Positions 48,050-60,499 of a stretch of 64,000 nt of DNA are shown here, one piece after another; the first letter of the stretch is position 1, and the number at the start of each line of letters is the position of its first letter. The DNA is from Macrostomum hystrix (lineage: Eukaryota; Animalia; Platyhelminthes), in contig CATNEN010000037.1 of NCBI GenBank assembly GCA_950097015.1, positions 372,001 through 436,000 on the forward strand, given 5' to 3'. The notes under the pieces were generated by a model. The model did not search any database, was not told the origin of the DNA, and saw only the letters and a list, made by a program, of their open reading frames with translations. A program made the position numbers and the translations under genes.

Positions 48050-49224
48050 GTTTCTTGATTAAGAAATGGACTACATTTCACTTCAAGGCTTTAAAAAGCT
48101 ACAAGTATAATTAATAATCATAATGATACTGACAGTCAATTTTCGAATAAATTCGCGGAAAGAATCAAATTCTGACAGAATCCATCCAGTTTCTTCGTCT
48201 AGGGCAAATTGATGAGGAAATATAGCGATAGGAGATATGATTGATGGCCGGGGCTTCAGCAATGGGAGCTATAGCAATTAGTGCCTCGGTCAGGTGCAAG
48301 CAGTCCGCAATAACTAAGTCTACATCAGGAAGAGAAAATCTTTCCTGCTTCAACAAGAATTTTCTACCGTTTGGGATGTATTTCAGAAAATAAATCTAAG
48401 TGATAATGCGCATATGGCACTACTATTACTTAGCAGACGTTAGTAAACTTGATTGCGAGATGCATTTTTGTCTTCCTAATGACTTCGAAGACTAATGTTC
48501 CCTTGATATGATACAGCATTAATAACTGAATCAATCTAGGACGTTAAATATCGAAATTTAGACGTGAAATATTGTAAAAAGAAAGGTAATCCTACCATAT
48601 ATTAAGCTTTCATTCGATTTGGCCATTAGAAATGATCGGCTTATCATTGATTTTTCCCAATCCAAGCGAAACAGTATTTTAAAAGCAATTTAATCTGGAC
48701 CTGGTATACAGACTGGTACCATCCATGGTACCAGACCATGTGCCATCCGGGATTCCGTCACTCGTATGTCACTCTCGCAAGTTAATCCGAAAGCAATGCT
48801 AAAATGTCTGCCCCTAGAAGCATTCCTACTTGGCCGGAAGATTCTGGCTCCAGAAATGTTACCCAACCTTTGTCTTGGCGTCAAATTCTACAAAAAATAT
48901 TATTACAATAGCACACCTGCAGGAAAGGGTCCAAAGAATGAAATCGATTCTCTATTAGTAGATGGAACACGAACCCGGACGTAGAAAGTTAACAATGGAT
49001 TTTTTCTATTCTATTCAATCATCGATCGAAGCTTACGCTTCTAAAAATGGCCGACTGTCGCCGACTTAACAGGCTTTCAACATCAAGTTAATTGAAAATT
49101 CATTACTAATAAATAACGACAGAATATATCGTGACTATATTACGTTGGAGTGTATGCTTTCGCACCAATGTCACACGAAGGATGTAACACGTTGGATGTC
49201 ACAACAAGGACATATTACTTTGGA

Positions 49225-49690
49225 CTTCACAATGAGGACGCTACAGTGAGGACGTCACAATGAGGACGCTACAGTGAGAACGTCACAATGAGGACGCTAC
49301 AGTGAGAACGTCACAATGAGGACGCTTACAGTAAGGACGTCACAATGAGGACGCTTACAGTAAGGACGTCACAATGAGGACGCTACAGTGAGAACGTCAC
49401 AATGAGGACGCTACAGTGAGGACGTCACAATGAGGACGCTACAGTGAGGACGTCACAATGAGGACGCTACAGTGAGAACGTCACAATGAGGACGCTTACA
49501 GTAAGGACGTCACAATGAGGACGCTTACAGTAAGGACGTCACAATGAGGACGCTTACAGTAAGGACGTCACAATGAGGACGCTTCAGTAAGGACGTCACA
49601 ATGAGGACGCTACAGTGAGGATGCTACAATCGGGATGCTACAATGAGGATGCAACAATGAGAACGCTAAAATGAGGACGTCACAATGAGG
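49225..49690. repeat. Minisatellite, 28/29-bp unit
   Basis: (GACGTCACAATGAGGACGCTACAGTGAG)n. Confidence 0.92.
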
Positions 49691-51026
49691 ATGTTACTAT
49701 TAAAGCATCAAAATGAGGACGCGACACTGCGAACAGTCGCTAGTTGGTACTTAAAGGGTGAAAATGCCAGAAATGGAGTATTACGCAATTCAACAGCTCT
49801 TATGGGATCGAACTTTATCTGTTTAGTGTTTAATTATAGTAGTCTTAATTATAGTCAATCTAATTGGATTACCGGCAGCATAATAAAATCATAATAAAAC
49901 CATGTACTCATATTATGACTAGCGTACCTTGTAATGAGAATAAAAGAGTAATGAACTTGTCCAAGATTTCGAAATCGGTCTCCAAATTGCGATCATTAAT
50001 GATTAAACCGAAATTCTCATATCATACTCGTATACTCTTACTAGTCTTAGATTTTTTCAAAATTGATTTATAGTATTAATGACTGAAAAGCTGAATAAAA
50101 TTTTGTCACGAATCAACTTATAAAAAGGAAGACTTTGGCCTGCAAAATTTTGTCTGCTCTTCTGTTGAAACCTGATGTGTCAGTCGGTTTGTACTAAACT
50201 TTCATGCTAAAAGTCTAATCTACAAAGTACTTTTGCATTGTACTTTTGCAAGAGCGTTATATAACTCAGTCAAAATCACAAATCCTTGAAATCTGAACTC
50301 TAGTCTAGCATATTTTAACAAATCAGGTTTTACGATTGTGAAAAAAATGAAAATGGTTTTAGGGTTTAGTCAAATTTTGTATTTCGTGAATCAGGATCTA
50401 TTCTAGAACACAATGCGCAACAAGAGTAAAGATAAAATTGTATTCATGATTTCCCAATTTGTTTTAGTGTGCAAGACTAAACTAAAAGAAATTGCCAAGG
50501 GTTAATAAGCTTTTCCCCGCCTCAGCTACTTTAAAAATACTTGTATCATCCGGATTGGTTGACATAATTATAGCATTTTCGGAATAAAATCATGGAAAAG
50601 TGCAGAGGCAGTGCAAAGCATAAGAAGCTCATAGTTTGAATATAAAATTGCCTTTGGAAACTCCGTGTGAATCAGTGCTGAAAACGAAAAGGTGTGTCAA
50701 GTTTATATCAAGATAGACTACTAAATAGGTTAATAGCAGGCTGAAATCTACTTATATAAAAAGTATATTGTGCTGTAAAATAACGAATTTGTTAAGATTT
50801 TTATTCTGATATTTTACGAACTACTAACACTGCCTGTGGCCAAGCGACTACTAAATTTCATTGGTCCACGGATGTTAACTTTATTGTCTATTTTTAGAAA
50901 AGCATGCGGGAAACCCCACCGGCACGTGACTGACTTTGGCCAATGAAGTTTTAGGGCCGATTTAAGGAACATATATATTAATTGGCTCTAGTCATCTGAT
51001 TCTCTTCCTTAAAATTGAGGCCCAGA

Positions 51027-54000
51027 TCAGATCTGGCCGGATGTCATGGAGATGGCCACGCCGCTAGTTGAAGTTCCGGCGCTCTTCTGGCGCCGAAAGC
51101 AGCCGCCGAGGCAGAAGCAGCAGAGGCGCATTAGGAATATTCTGTATGGCGGATAGACCATAAAGTACACCAGCGGATTCGCGGCGCTGTTGATAGCCAC
51201 GAGGGCCGCTCCGAGCAGCTTAAGCCAGCTGCCCTCATTGTACTCGGCCAGTTTGAGCTCAGATAGGACGAACATAAAGTTGTCCAGCGCGTTCGATAGG
51301 ACAAACACGCTGGCAACAGCGCCAGTGCCCAGGGTCAGCCGGTTCACTAGGCGACTGCGCTCGGCAGCCGTGGCCGACTTGGCCGCAGCTGACACGCCGT
51401 TGGATTGACGCCGAAGTGTATACAGTAGGCAGGCATTGAGGCCGATAAGCAGTAGCGCTGGAATGAGGTAGACACCGAGGAACCAGGCGTAGGAGTAGTA
51501 GATGTACCAGGTCGGCGGCTGACGCGCACAGACGATGTCGCCGCTCGGGTCCGACGCAGCGAAGCGGGAGGCGCACACGGGGGCACCGGCCACCGCGCCA
51601 AGCAGGGTCAGCGCTGCGATGCCCGCGATGACGGACCTGATTGACGGTGGGATGTTTCGGGATTTAGATTTCTAGATATTTGGGGATGAGAATGTTTTGG
51701 TACAAAATGCTTAACTGTTTCGGGCTGTCAATAAAATTACTACTGTTTTAAACAGTGAAAACCCGTTAAAATCGTTACGTTAACCATTTTTTTATCGTTA
51801 AACGTTTATAGTTAGGACGCTCAAACATGTCATTGAGTTCATTTTTTAATAGCAAACAACACAATAACTTTTCGACGATAACTTTGAAAGTAACGATTTA
51901 CCAGCATATCCGTTAAAATTAAAAAAAGATACTGAATGATTTTTAACGACATTTTCCCCATTCAGTGGTTTGTTTAGCTCGTACATTGATTTTCGTAAAA
52001 GCAAGCGCAAATCGATTTTGGGAACAAATCAATGCAAAATTTCCTTTACTCAGGTTGTGAATAAATAGGATTTGATTTTCTAGTGAAGAGGCACAAAAGT
52101 GCGTTGTCATTCTAAGAGTCTGCGCAAGAGACAAACGAAACTTTTATGCCCAGATCAAATTACTAGTTGTCTATTATTAAGATTATCTTTGAAAGAATGA
52201 CTAATTTGACAAAGCTCGTATTGATTTCCATTGTTTTGTTCAACAATTTCGTGTCAAATATCTTTAGCGATAAGCCGAATTGATAAATCAAAGTTTTGTT
52301 CAAATCGATCCAAATGTTTCAGATGGTCGATGCTCAGAGCATGTTAGAGACAATATTTTTAGTTAGCATGTCACTCGCTTATTTGATGCTTCCACTTAAA
52401 AAACTGGACTAAATATTTGGTTGTTTAACTTTAGTGTTTTCTTAGAATGTCAAACCAATACTAAATAAGGCAACTTGGCCATTAGGATAGGGATTCTGTG
52501 TCGGATTGGGATTCTGTGCAGGATTGGGATTCTATGTAGGATTGGGATTCTGTGCAGGATTTGGATTCTGTGTAGGATTGGGATTGTGTGTAAGATTGGG
52601 ATTCTGTGTAGGATTGGGATTCTGTGTCGGATTGGGATTCTGTGCAGGATTGGGATTCTATGTAGGATTGGGATTCTATGTAGGATTGGGATTCTGTGCA
52701 GGATTTGGATTCTGTGTAGGATTGGGATTGTGTGTAGGATTGGGATTCTGTGTAGGATTGGGATTCTGTGTAGGATTGGGATTCTGTGTAGGATTGGAAT
52801 TCTGTGCAGGATTGGGATTCTGTGCAGGATTGGGATTCTGTGTAGGATTGGGATTCTGTGCAGGATTGGGATTCTGTGTAGGATTGGGATTCTGTGCAGG
52901 ATTGGGATTCTGTGTAGGATTGGGATTCTGTGCAGGATTGGGATTCTGTGTAGGATTGGGATTCTGTGCAGGATTTGGATTCTGTGTAGGATTGGGATTC
53001 TGTGCAGGATTTGGATTGTGTGTAGGATTGGGATTCTGTGTAGGATTGGGATTCTGTGCAGGATTGGGATTCTGTGCAGGATTGGGATTCTGTGCAGGAT
53101 TGGGATTCTGTGTAGGATTGGGATTCTGTGTAGGATTGGGATTCTGTGTAGGATTGGGATTCTGTGTAGGATTGGGATTCTGTGCAGGATTGGGATTCTG
53201 TGTAGAATTGGGATTCTGTGCAGGATTGGGATTCTGTGTAGGATTGGGATTCTGTGCAGGATTTGGATTCTGTGTAAGATTGGGATTGTGTGTAGGATTG
53301 GGATTCTGTGTAGGATTGGGATTCTGTGTAGGATTGGGATTCTGTGTCGGGTTTGGATTCTGTGAAAAGATTGGGATTCTGTGCAGGATTCGGAATCTGT
53401 GTAGGATTGGGATTCTGTGTCGGATTGGGATTGGGGTAGATTTGGAATCATATTAAAATAATTGCAGCAGTACTGTGGGCAATGGCACATCATTTGGTGA
53501 CACTAGACCCGCTGCCAGCGAGGAGGCAATTCTGCCCGTTGTCAGAAATCGGGCGTCAGCTGACAAGGGGGATCAGCTGACAAGGGGGATCAGCTGACAA
53601 GGGGGATCAGCTGACAAGGGGGATCAGCTGACAAGGGGGATCAGCTGACAAGGGGGATCAGCTGACATGGGTGATCAGCTGACAAGGGGGATCAGCTGAC
53701 AATCGTAACAGCACGCACCTGGCGCCGCCCAGTCGGCGATAGGCAAACGGCCATCGCACTGCTGCCAACCGATCGGCGCTGACAAAGACCAGCACGTTGG
53801 CGCTGCCTGCCACCGCCATCCAGTAGATGAACTTGCTGCGCCAGACGCGGCAGACTAGCCAAGCAGCTGTCGGGCTGGTCTGCCCAGACAGTCTTGCCGG
53901 CTGGTTGGTCAGGCGTAGCAGGGCTGCTGCGGCAATGAGACAGACAGTGAGGTCCAGGCAGGAAAGCCCAGCCTGGGTTGCCCTGATTCGGTTTGAAGCC

Positions 54001-54170
54001 GCGCCAGATTTCGCAGCCGAGGAGCTGCAGTGGAAGGCTATGTACGTCACGTGACCGAGGGCGCCTAGTAGCACAATGATGAGTTGGACAAGCTCACTGG
54101 TTGACAGTTCGAATTGCCACCAGACTGTCGTAGCGGCTGGAGAAACAATGCTTGTGGTGGTGTTGTCCAT
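51027..54170 (-). CDS. Divergent orphan rhodopsin-like (class A) GPCR, 353 aa. Exons: 54170-53719, 51636-51027
   Basis: ATG at 54170 with an N-glycosylation sequon (MDNTT). LSCLDL (TM2), CRVW..SADRLAAVRWPFAY (DRY-like), VYLIPALL (TM5), AINSAANPLVYFMVYPPYR (TM7). The phase-2 intron GTGCGT...TCAG joins the exons in frame. Confidence 0.9.
52485..53430. repeat. Minisatellite, 18-bp unit (orphan GPCR intron)
   Basis: (GATTGGGATTCTGTGYAG)n. Confidence 0.95.
53462..53540 (-). mobile_element. SINE-A tail-2 fragment in the orphan GPCR intron
   Basis: GGGCAATGGCACATCATTTGGTGACACTAGACCCGCTGCCAGCGAGGAGGCAATTCTGCCC matches the other copies. Confidence 0.7.
53558..53700. repeat. Minisatellite, 17-bp unit, next to the donor at 53718
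   Basis: (TCAGCTGACAAGGGGGA)n. Confidence 0.92.
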
Positions 54171-54344
54171 TTTTCTTTTTTTAGCCGAATTTGCTACACA
54201 TTATTTTTCAACTGGCTTTAAATATTCAACTGCAATAAATAAGCTAAACTAGCTGCTATTGGGTGGCGGATCTGGAAGCGAATCAAAATTATTCATAAAA
54301 TTATTTGTTAGTAATTAAATCGACTAATACTCGTAGTAAGTAGT

Positions 54345-57300
54345 ATGGTAGATTGGCTAATGGTAGATTGAAGAATTGGCTGATGGTAGATTGAAGAATT
54401 GGCTGATGGTAGATTGAAGAATTGGCTGATGGTAGATTGAAGAATTGGCTGATGGTAGATTGAAGAATTGGCTGATGGTAGATTGAAGAATTGGCTAATG
54501 GTAGATTGAAGAATTGACTGATGGTAGATTGAAGAATTGACTGATGGTAGATTGAAGAATTGAATGATGGTAGATTGAAGAATTGGCTGATGGTAGATTG
54601 AAGAATTGGCTGATGGTAGATTGAAGAATTGACTGATGGTAGATTGAAGAATTGGCTAATGGTAGATTGAAGAATTGACTGATGGTAGATTGAAGAATTG
54701 GCTGATGGTAGATTAAAGAATTGACTGATGGTAGATTAAAGAATTGGCTAATGGTAGATTGAAGAATTGAATGACGGTAGATTGAAGAATTGGCTGATGG
54801 TAGATTGAAGAATTGACTGATGGTAGATTGAAGAATTGGCTGATGGTAGATTGAAGAATTGACTGATGGTAGATTGAAGAATTGGCTGATGGTAGATTGA
54901 AGAATTGGCTAATGGTAGATTGAAGAATTGGCTAATGGTAGATTGAAGAATTGACTAATGGTAGATTGAAGAATTGGCTAATGGTAGACTGAAGAATTGG
55001 CTGATGGTAGATTGAAGAATTGGCTGATGGTAGATTGAAGAATTGGCTGATGGTAGATTGAAGAATTGGCTAATGGTAGATTGAAGAATTGGCTGATGGT
55101 AGATTGAAGAATTGACTGATGGTAGATTGAAGAATTGACTGATGGTAGATTGAAGAATTGGCTAATGGTAGATTGAAGAATCGGCTAATGGTAGATTGAA
55201 GAATTGGCTAATGGTAGATTGAAGAATTGGCTAATGGTAGACTGAAGAATTGGCTTATGGTAGATTGAAGAATTGGCTAATGGTAGATTGAAGAATTGGC
55301 TTATGGTAGATTGAAGAATTGGCTAATGGTAGATTGAAGAATTGGCTAATGGTAGATTGAAGAATTGGCTAATGGTAGATTGAAGAATTGGCTTATGGTA
55401 GATTGAAGAATTGGCTAATGGTAGATTGAAGAATTGGCTAATGGTAGATTGAAGAATTGACTGATGGTAGATTGAAGAATTGGCTAATGGTAGATTGAAG
55501 AATTGGCTGATGGTAGATTGAAGAATTGGCTAATGGTAGATTGAAGAATTGGCTAATGGTAGACTGAAGAATTGGCTAATGGTAGATTGAAGAATTGGCT
55601 AATGGTAGATTGAAGAATTGGCTGATGGTAGATTGAAGAATTGGCTGATGGTAGATTGAAGAATTGGCTGATGGTAGATTGAAGAATTGACTGATGGTAG
55701 ATTGAAGAATTGGCTGATGGTAGATTGAAGAATTGGCTGATGGTAGATTGAAGAATTGGCTAATGGTAGATTGAAGAATTGGCTGATGGTAGATTGAAGA
55801 ATTGACTGATGGTAGATTGAAGAATTGGCTGATGGTAGATTGAAGAATTGGCTGATGGTAGATTGAAGAATTGGCTAATGGTAGATTGAAGAATTGGCTA
55901 ATGGTAGATTGAAGAATTGACTGATGGTAGATTGAAGAATTGGCTAATGGTAGATTGAAGAATTGGCTGATGGTAGATTGAAGAATTGGCTGATGGTAGA
56001 TTGAAGAATTGACTGATGGTAGATTGAAGAATTGGCTGATGGTAGATTGAAGAATTGGCTGATGGTAGATTGAAGAATTGGCTGATGGTAGATTGAAGAA
56101 TTGGCTGATGGTAGATTAAAGAATTGGCTGATGGTAGATTGAAGAATTGGCTAATGGTAGATTGAAGAATTGGCTGATGGTAGATTGAAGAATTGGCTGA
56201 TGGTAGATTGAAGAATTGGCTAATGGTAGATTGAAGAATTGGCTAATGGTAGATTGAAGAATTGGCTAATGGTAGACTGAAGAATTGGCTAATGGTAGAT
56301 TGAAGAATTGGCTGATGGTAGATTGAAGAATTGGCTAATGGTAGATTGAAGAATTGGCTAATGGTAGATTGAAGAATTGACTGATGGTAGATTGAAGAAT
56401 TGGCTAATGGTAGATTGAAGAATTGGCTAATGGTAGATTGAAGAATTGACTGATGGTAGACTGAAGAATTGGCTGATGGTAGATTAAAGAATTGGCTGAT
56501 GGTAGATTGAAGAATTGACTGATGGTAGATTGAAGAATTGGCTGATGGTAGATTGAAGAATTGACTGATGGTAGATTGAAGAATTGACTGATGGTAGATT
56601 GAAGAATTGAATGATGGTAGATTGAAGAATTGGCTGATGGTAGATTGAAGAATTGGCTGATGGTAGATTGAAGAATTGGCTGATGGTAGATTGAAGAATT
56701 GGCTAATGGTAGATTGAAGAATTGGCTAATGGTAGATTGAAGAATTGACTGATGGTAGATTGAAGAATTGGCTGATGGTAGACTGAAGAATTGGCTGATG
56801 GTAGATTAAAGAATTGGCTGATGGTAGATTGAAGAATTGACTGATGGTAGATTGAAGAATTGGCTGATGGTAGATTGAAGAATTGACTGATGGTAGATTG
56901 AAGAATTGGCTAATGGTAGATTGAAGAATTGGCTAATGGTAGATTGAAGAATTGGCTAATGGTAGATTGAAGAATTGACTGATGGTAGATTGAAGAATTG
57001 GCTGATGGTAGACTGAAGAATTGGCTGATGGTAGATTAAAGAATTGGCTGATGGTAGATTGAAGAATTGACTGATGGTAGATTGAAGAATTGGCTGATGG
57101 TAGATTGAAGAATTGACTGATGGTAGATTGAAGAATTGGCTAATGGTAGATTGAAGAATTGGCTAATGGTAGATTGAAGAATTGGCTAATGGTAGATTGA
57201 AGAATTGACTGATGGTAGACTGAAGAATTGGCTGATGGTAGATTAAAGAATTGGCTGATGGTAGATTGAAGAATTGACTGATGGTAGATTGAAGAATTGG

Positions 57301-57892
57301 CTGATGGTAGATTGAAGAATTGACTGATGGTAGATTGAAGAATTGGCTAATGGTAGATTGAAGAATTGGCTAATGGTAGATTGAAGAATTGGCTAATGGT
57401 AGATTGAAGAATTGACTGATGGTAGATTGAAGAATTGGCTGATGGTAGATTGAAGAATTGGCTGATGGTAGATTGAAGAATTGGCTAATGGTAGATTGAA
57501 GAATTGGCTAATGGTAGATTGAAGAATTGGCTAATGGTAGATTGAAGAATTGGCTAATGGTAGATTGAAGAATTGACTGATGGTAGACTGAAGAATTGGC
57601 TGATGGTAGATTAAAGAATTGGCTGATGGTAGATTGAAGAATTGACTGATGGTAGATTGAAGAATTGGCTGATGGTAGATTGAAGAATTGACTGATGGTA
57701 GATTGAAGAATTGGCTAATGGTAGATTGAAGAATTGGCTAATGGTAGATTGAAGAATTGGCTAATGGTAGATTGAAGAATTGGCTAATGGTAGATTGAAG
57801 AATTGGCTAATGGTAGATTGAAGAATTGGCTGATGGTAGATTGAAGAATTGGCTAATGGTAGATTGAAGAATTGGCTGATGGTAGATTGAAG
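54345..57892. repeat. Satellite, 23-bp unit, ~154 copies
   Basis: (ATGGTAGATTGAAGAATTGRCTR)n. Confidence 0.97.
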
Positions 57893-58637
57893 CAGAAATG
57901 CAAGCCTCACTCAAACTACTATGAGTAGACAGATTGGTATAAAAAATAGATATTGTATTTTTATTGCTGTTAAAATGGCAACTACAAAATATTAACCTAT
58001 ATTTTTTCTATGCAAATTTTTACCTGCCGCGTTGCAGTTGTTTTTCTTACGCTCAGCGATGTGAAGATGGATGCTTGGCGGGCAAGCTATCTCGTAATTT
58101 GTCGAGGAGTGAGAGATGAAAGAACAATAAGAATGAACTCTAAATAAGGACAGTGCTGGCTATCACTGTAATGTCACGCTAAATGCCTTTCTAAAAAGTA
58201 GTATACGTTGTACGAGTATTTTGACTTGAAGTATTTGACAACCTTGAAGGTATATAGGAGTTAGCACGGTCGCAGACGCCATCGATGGAACTTGTCGATG
58301 GACTATACCAATATTGGTTGATTATTATTGGTCGATGGACCATACCTTCTAAAAAAACAAATCACCTACGCGCTATTGGCATCTACGCGCCTCGACGTTT
58401 TACCTCGTTTCAGCCCTCTGCAGCCTATCAATATTGGTATATTGTAGTTAGCGGGCGTGAAACGCGTTTCTATGGTATCTATGGAATTCGACCATAGACA
58501 ACAGCAGAGGGCGGGCTGCCGTTAGTTTCAACCTCGTCTCAACACGCGTAGGCTAACTACAACGTCGATGGTAACTCTGTACTTCTTTCACTGACTTTCA
58601 CTGACTTTCACTGACCAGGTTTGCATTGATTGTTTAA

Positions 58638-59664
58638 TATACCTTTTTGCAATTGAATTCGCCGAAACTGCAAAACAATTCCCCATAGAAGCCAATGTGG
58701 TCTAAAAATAGTAAGCCCATAGAAATTAAGCTAAAAGTCGAGATTGAATTCGCTGAAATTTCATTTGAATTCGCACTGGTGACGTGTCTATATGTTGCTA
58801 AAATCACAGCAATTTAAATTCGGCAGTCCTTCTCATCTCAAGGAGTGGGGCTCGCGCACCCAGAGGCGAACGAGCCGTTATGATTACGAGCGGACAACGA
58901 GGTAGAAACCTGACGATTTGTCTGGCGGTTTCACCCCAATGGGGTCTGGTACACCATGCGCTGGTGGATGGCGGATTCACAAGCGGCCATTTCGCAGCAT
59001 TTTTGTCTGAGTTAAATGAGCTAGTGGACGAGCCATGGACTCTGGTGTATGATGGCGCTCGCGCTCACAACAATGTTCCTGGGCTTGATGCAGGTCATTC
59101 CACCAAACAGCTGGCTCCAAACTCGCCCTTTTTAAATGCGGCTGAGATGGCTGGCTCCTGCTTAAAGACTGCCGTCGGACGCTTGCTCTCACAGCCTGAA
59201 GTTCGTGCGGAACTGCTCAATACGGCTGCAGCAGCAAACCTTGGCATCACATTGCACACCTGGAGAATGGGAATTCTGAGACGTGAGGTGACGGTCGCCC
59301 TACAGGAGATCACACAGCCGAAGTGCTTGCAGTGGGCTAATCACACGGCAACCTACTTGAATCGCTGCCTGAATCATGAAGACATTTTGGCATAATTGAT
59401 TGCTCTTTTCTTTGATCGTTCGGTTGACTTCATTCTACATCAGTTCGCAAACTTTGTTTCCTCTTTGATTGTTTCCCCTTCGAAGCTTTTTGTCCTGTTA
59501 AATGAATACAAGCCATTAGCGCGTAACGCGAATTCAAATGAAATTTCGGCGAATTCAATCTCGACTTTTAGCTTAATTTCTATGGGCTTACTATTTTTAG
59601 ACCACATTGGCTTCTATGGGGAATTGTTTTGCAGTTTCGGTGAATTCAATTGCAAAATGGTATA
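58638..59664 (+). mobile_element. Internally deleted IS630/Tc1/mariner (ITm) DNA transposon, ~1.03 kb, with ~137-bp TIRs
   Basis: 58638-58774 is the near-perfect reverse complement of 59528-59664, each holding several GAATTCGC-like motifs. TA dinucleotides lie at both outer ends. The interior carries a DDE_3-type transposase 3' fragment. Confidence 0.85.
58838..59395 (+). pseudogene. 5'-truncated DDE_3 (IS630/Tc1-like) transposase fragment
   Basis: RGERAV..RGRNLTICLAVSPQWG..LVYDGARAH..LAPNSPFLNAAE..SCLK. The DNA-binding domain and first catalytic Asp are absent (in-frame TAA at 58799-58801). Confidence 0.82.
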
Positions 59665-60499
59665 TTCAATCGGTATAATAGTGCACGATTGCAGTACACA
59701 GGCAATAGTCTATGGCAAAAGGACTAATTTGGACGAGCTAAAAACGCACTAGATTTCGATATTTAACTGTGACAGTCAGTCCTTTATAATACTTTACATA
59801 CACGAAATAGGTACGCATTGTGGGCTGTGCATTTGAAGGTGAGTTTTCGGAGTCCGCTCAAGTGGGTCTTTTAGTGCGTTCTCTCGTGCTTGGTTTCTTT
59901 CACGAACTAAAACTGGCTTTAAATGCCAGGCTGCAAAATGAAACTGGCTTCGGAGACGAAAATATAAAACCACATAATTGCCACCCGAAATAATTCAGTT
60001 GTTAAAGAGAGTGACAGATAGACTGGACTGTATGCTAGTTGCGACCTTAAATGTCTCAAAGAGAAATACAGCCTTCGGGTTGCTAGGGCGAGACCTCATT
60101 CCTCCCCACCGCTTTCTCCCCCCTCTCTCTCGCTCCCTCTCAGTCTCTCGGTCTCTTTATTATCGTTTGAGTACCCAAATGGTGCAGAAGTGAGCAGCCT
60201 CCTGACTACTAAAAATGAACTCATGTCTCCACTTTGCATCAATAGAGGCATTGAAAATAGAGACAAGGTCGAGAGAGACAGAAAGACAGAAAAGAAGATG
60301 AGAAACGGCCACGAGAGTCCAGCTTAGCAACCGGAGGGTCTTAAATAGCCCTTCATCCCCCTCGGTGTTTGTTTATGCCACAATCCATTGGCGACAGGAA
60401 AACAGAGCAGCTAGGCAGCGAGGCACAACAGACACAAGAGCGCGTGCGAGCGAAAATAAAAGAAAAGCGGTGCCAAATTGAGGTTTAATACAGCAGGAA

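Noticed and set aside
48165-48984. Short ORFs, one with an LLGADIL string reminiscent of a BEL/Pao protease
   Set aside because: The frames are broken, there are no other retroelement motifs, and the similarity is too short to support a call.
52450-53493. Overlapping ORFs (HRIPIL)n, (CRIGIL)n and (GLGFCV)n
   Set aside because: They come from an 18-bp minisatellite inside the orphan GPCR intron.
58455-58470. Penelope-type minimal hammerhead (GAAACGCGU)
   Set aside because: There is no CUGANGA box upstream.
59396-59752. 118-aa ORF after the transposase fragment
   Set aside because: It runs through the right TIR and starts at a non-ATG codon.
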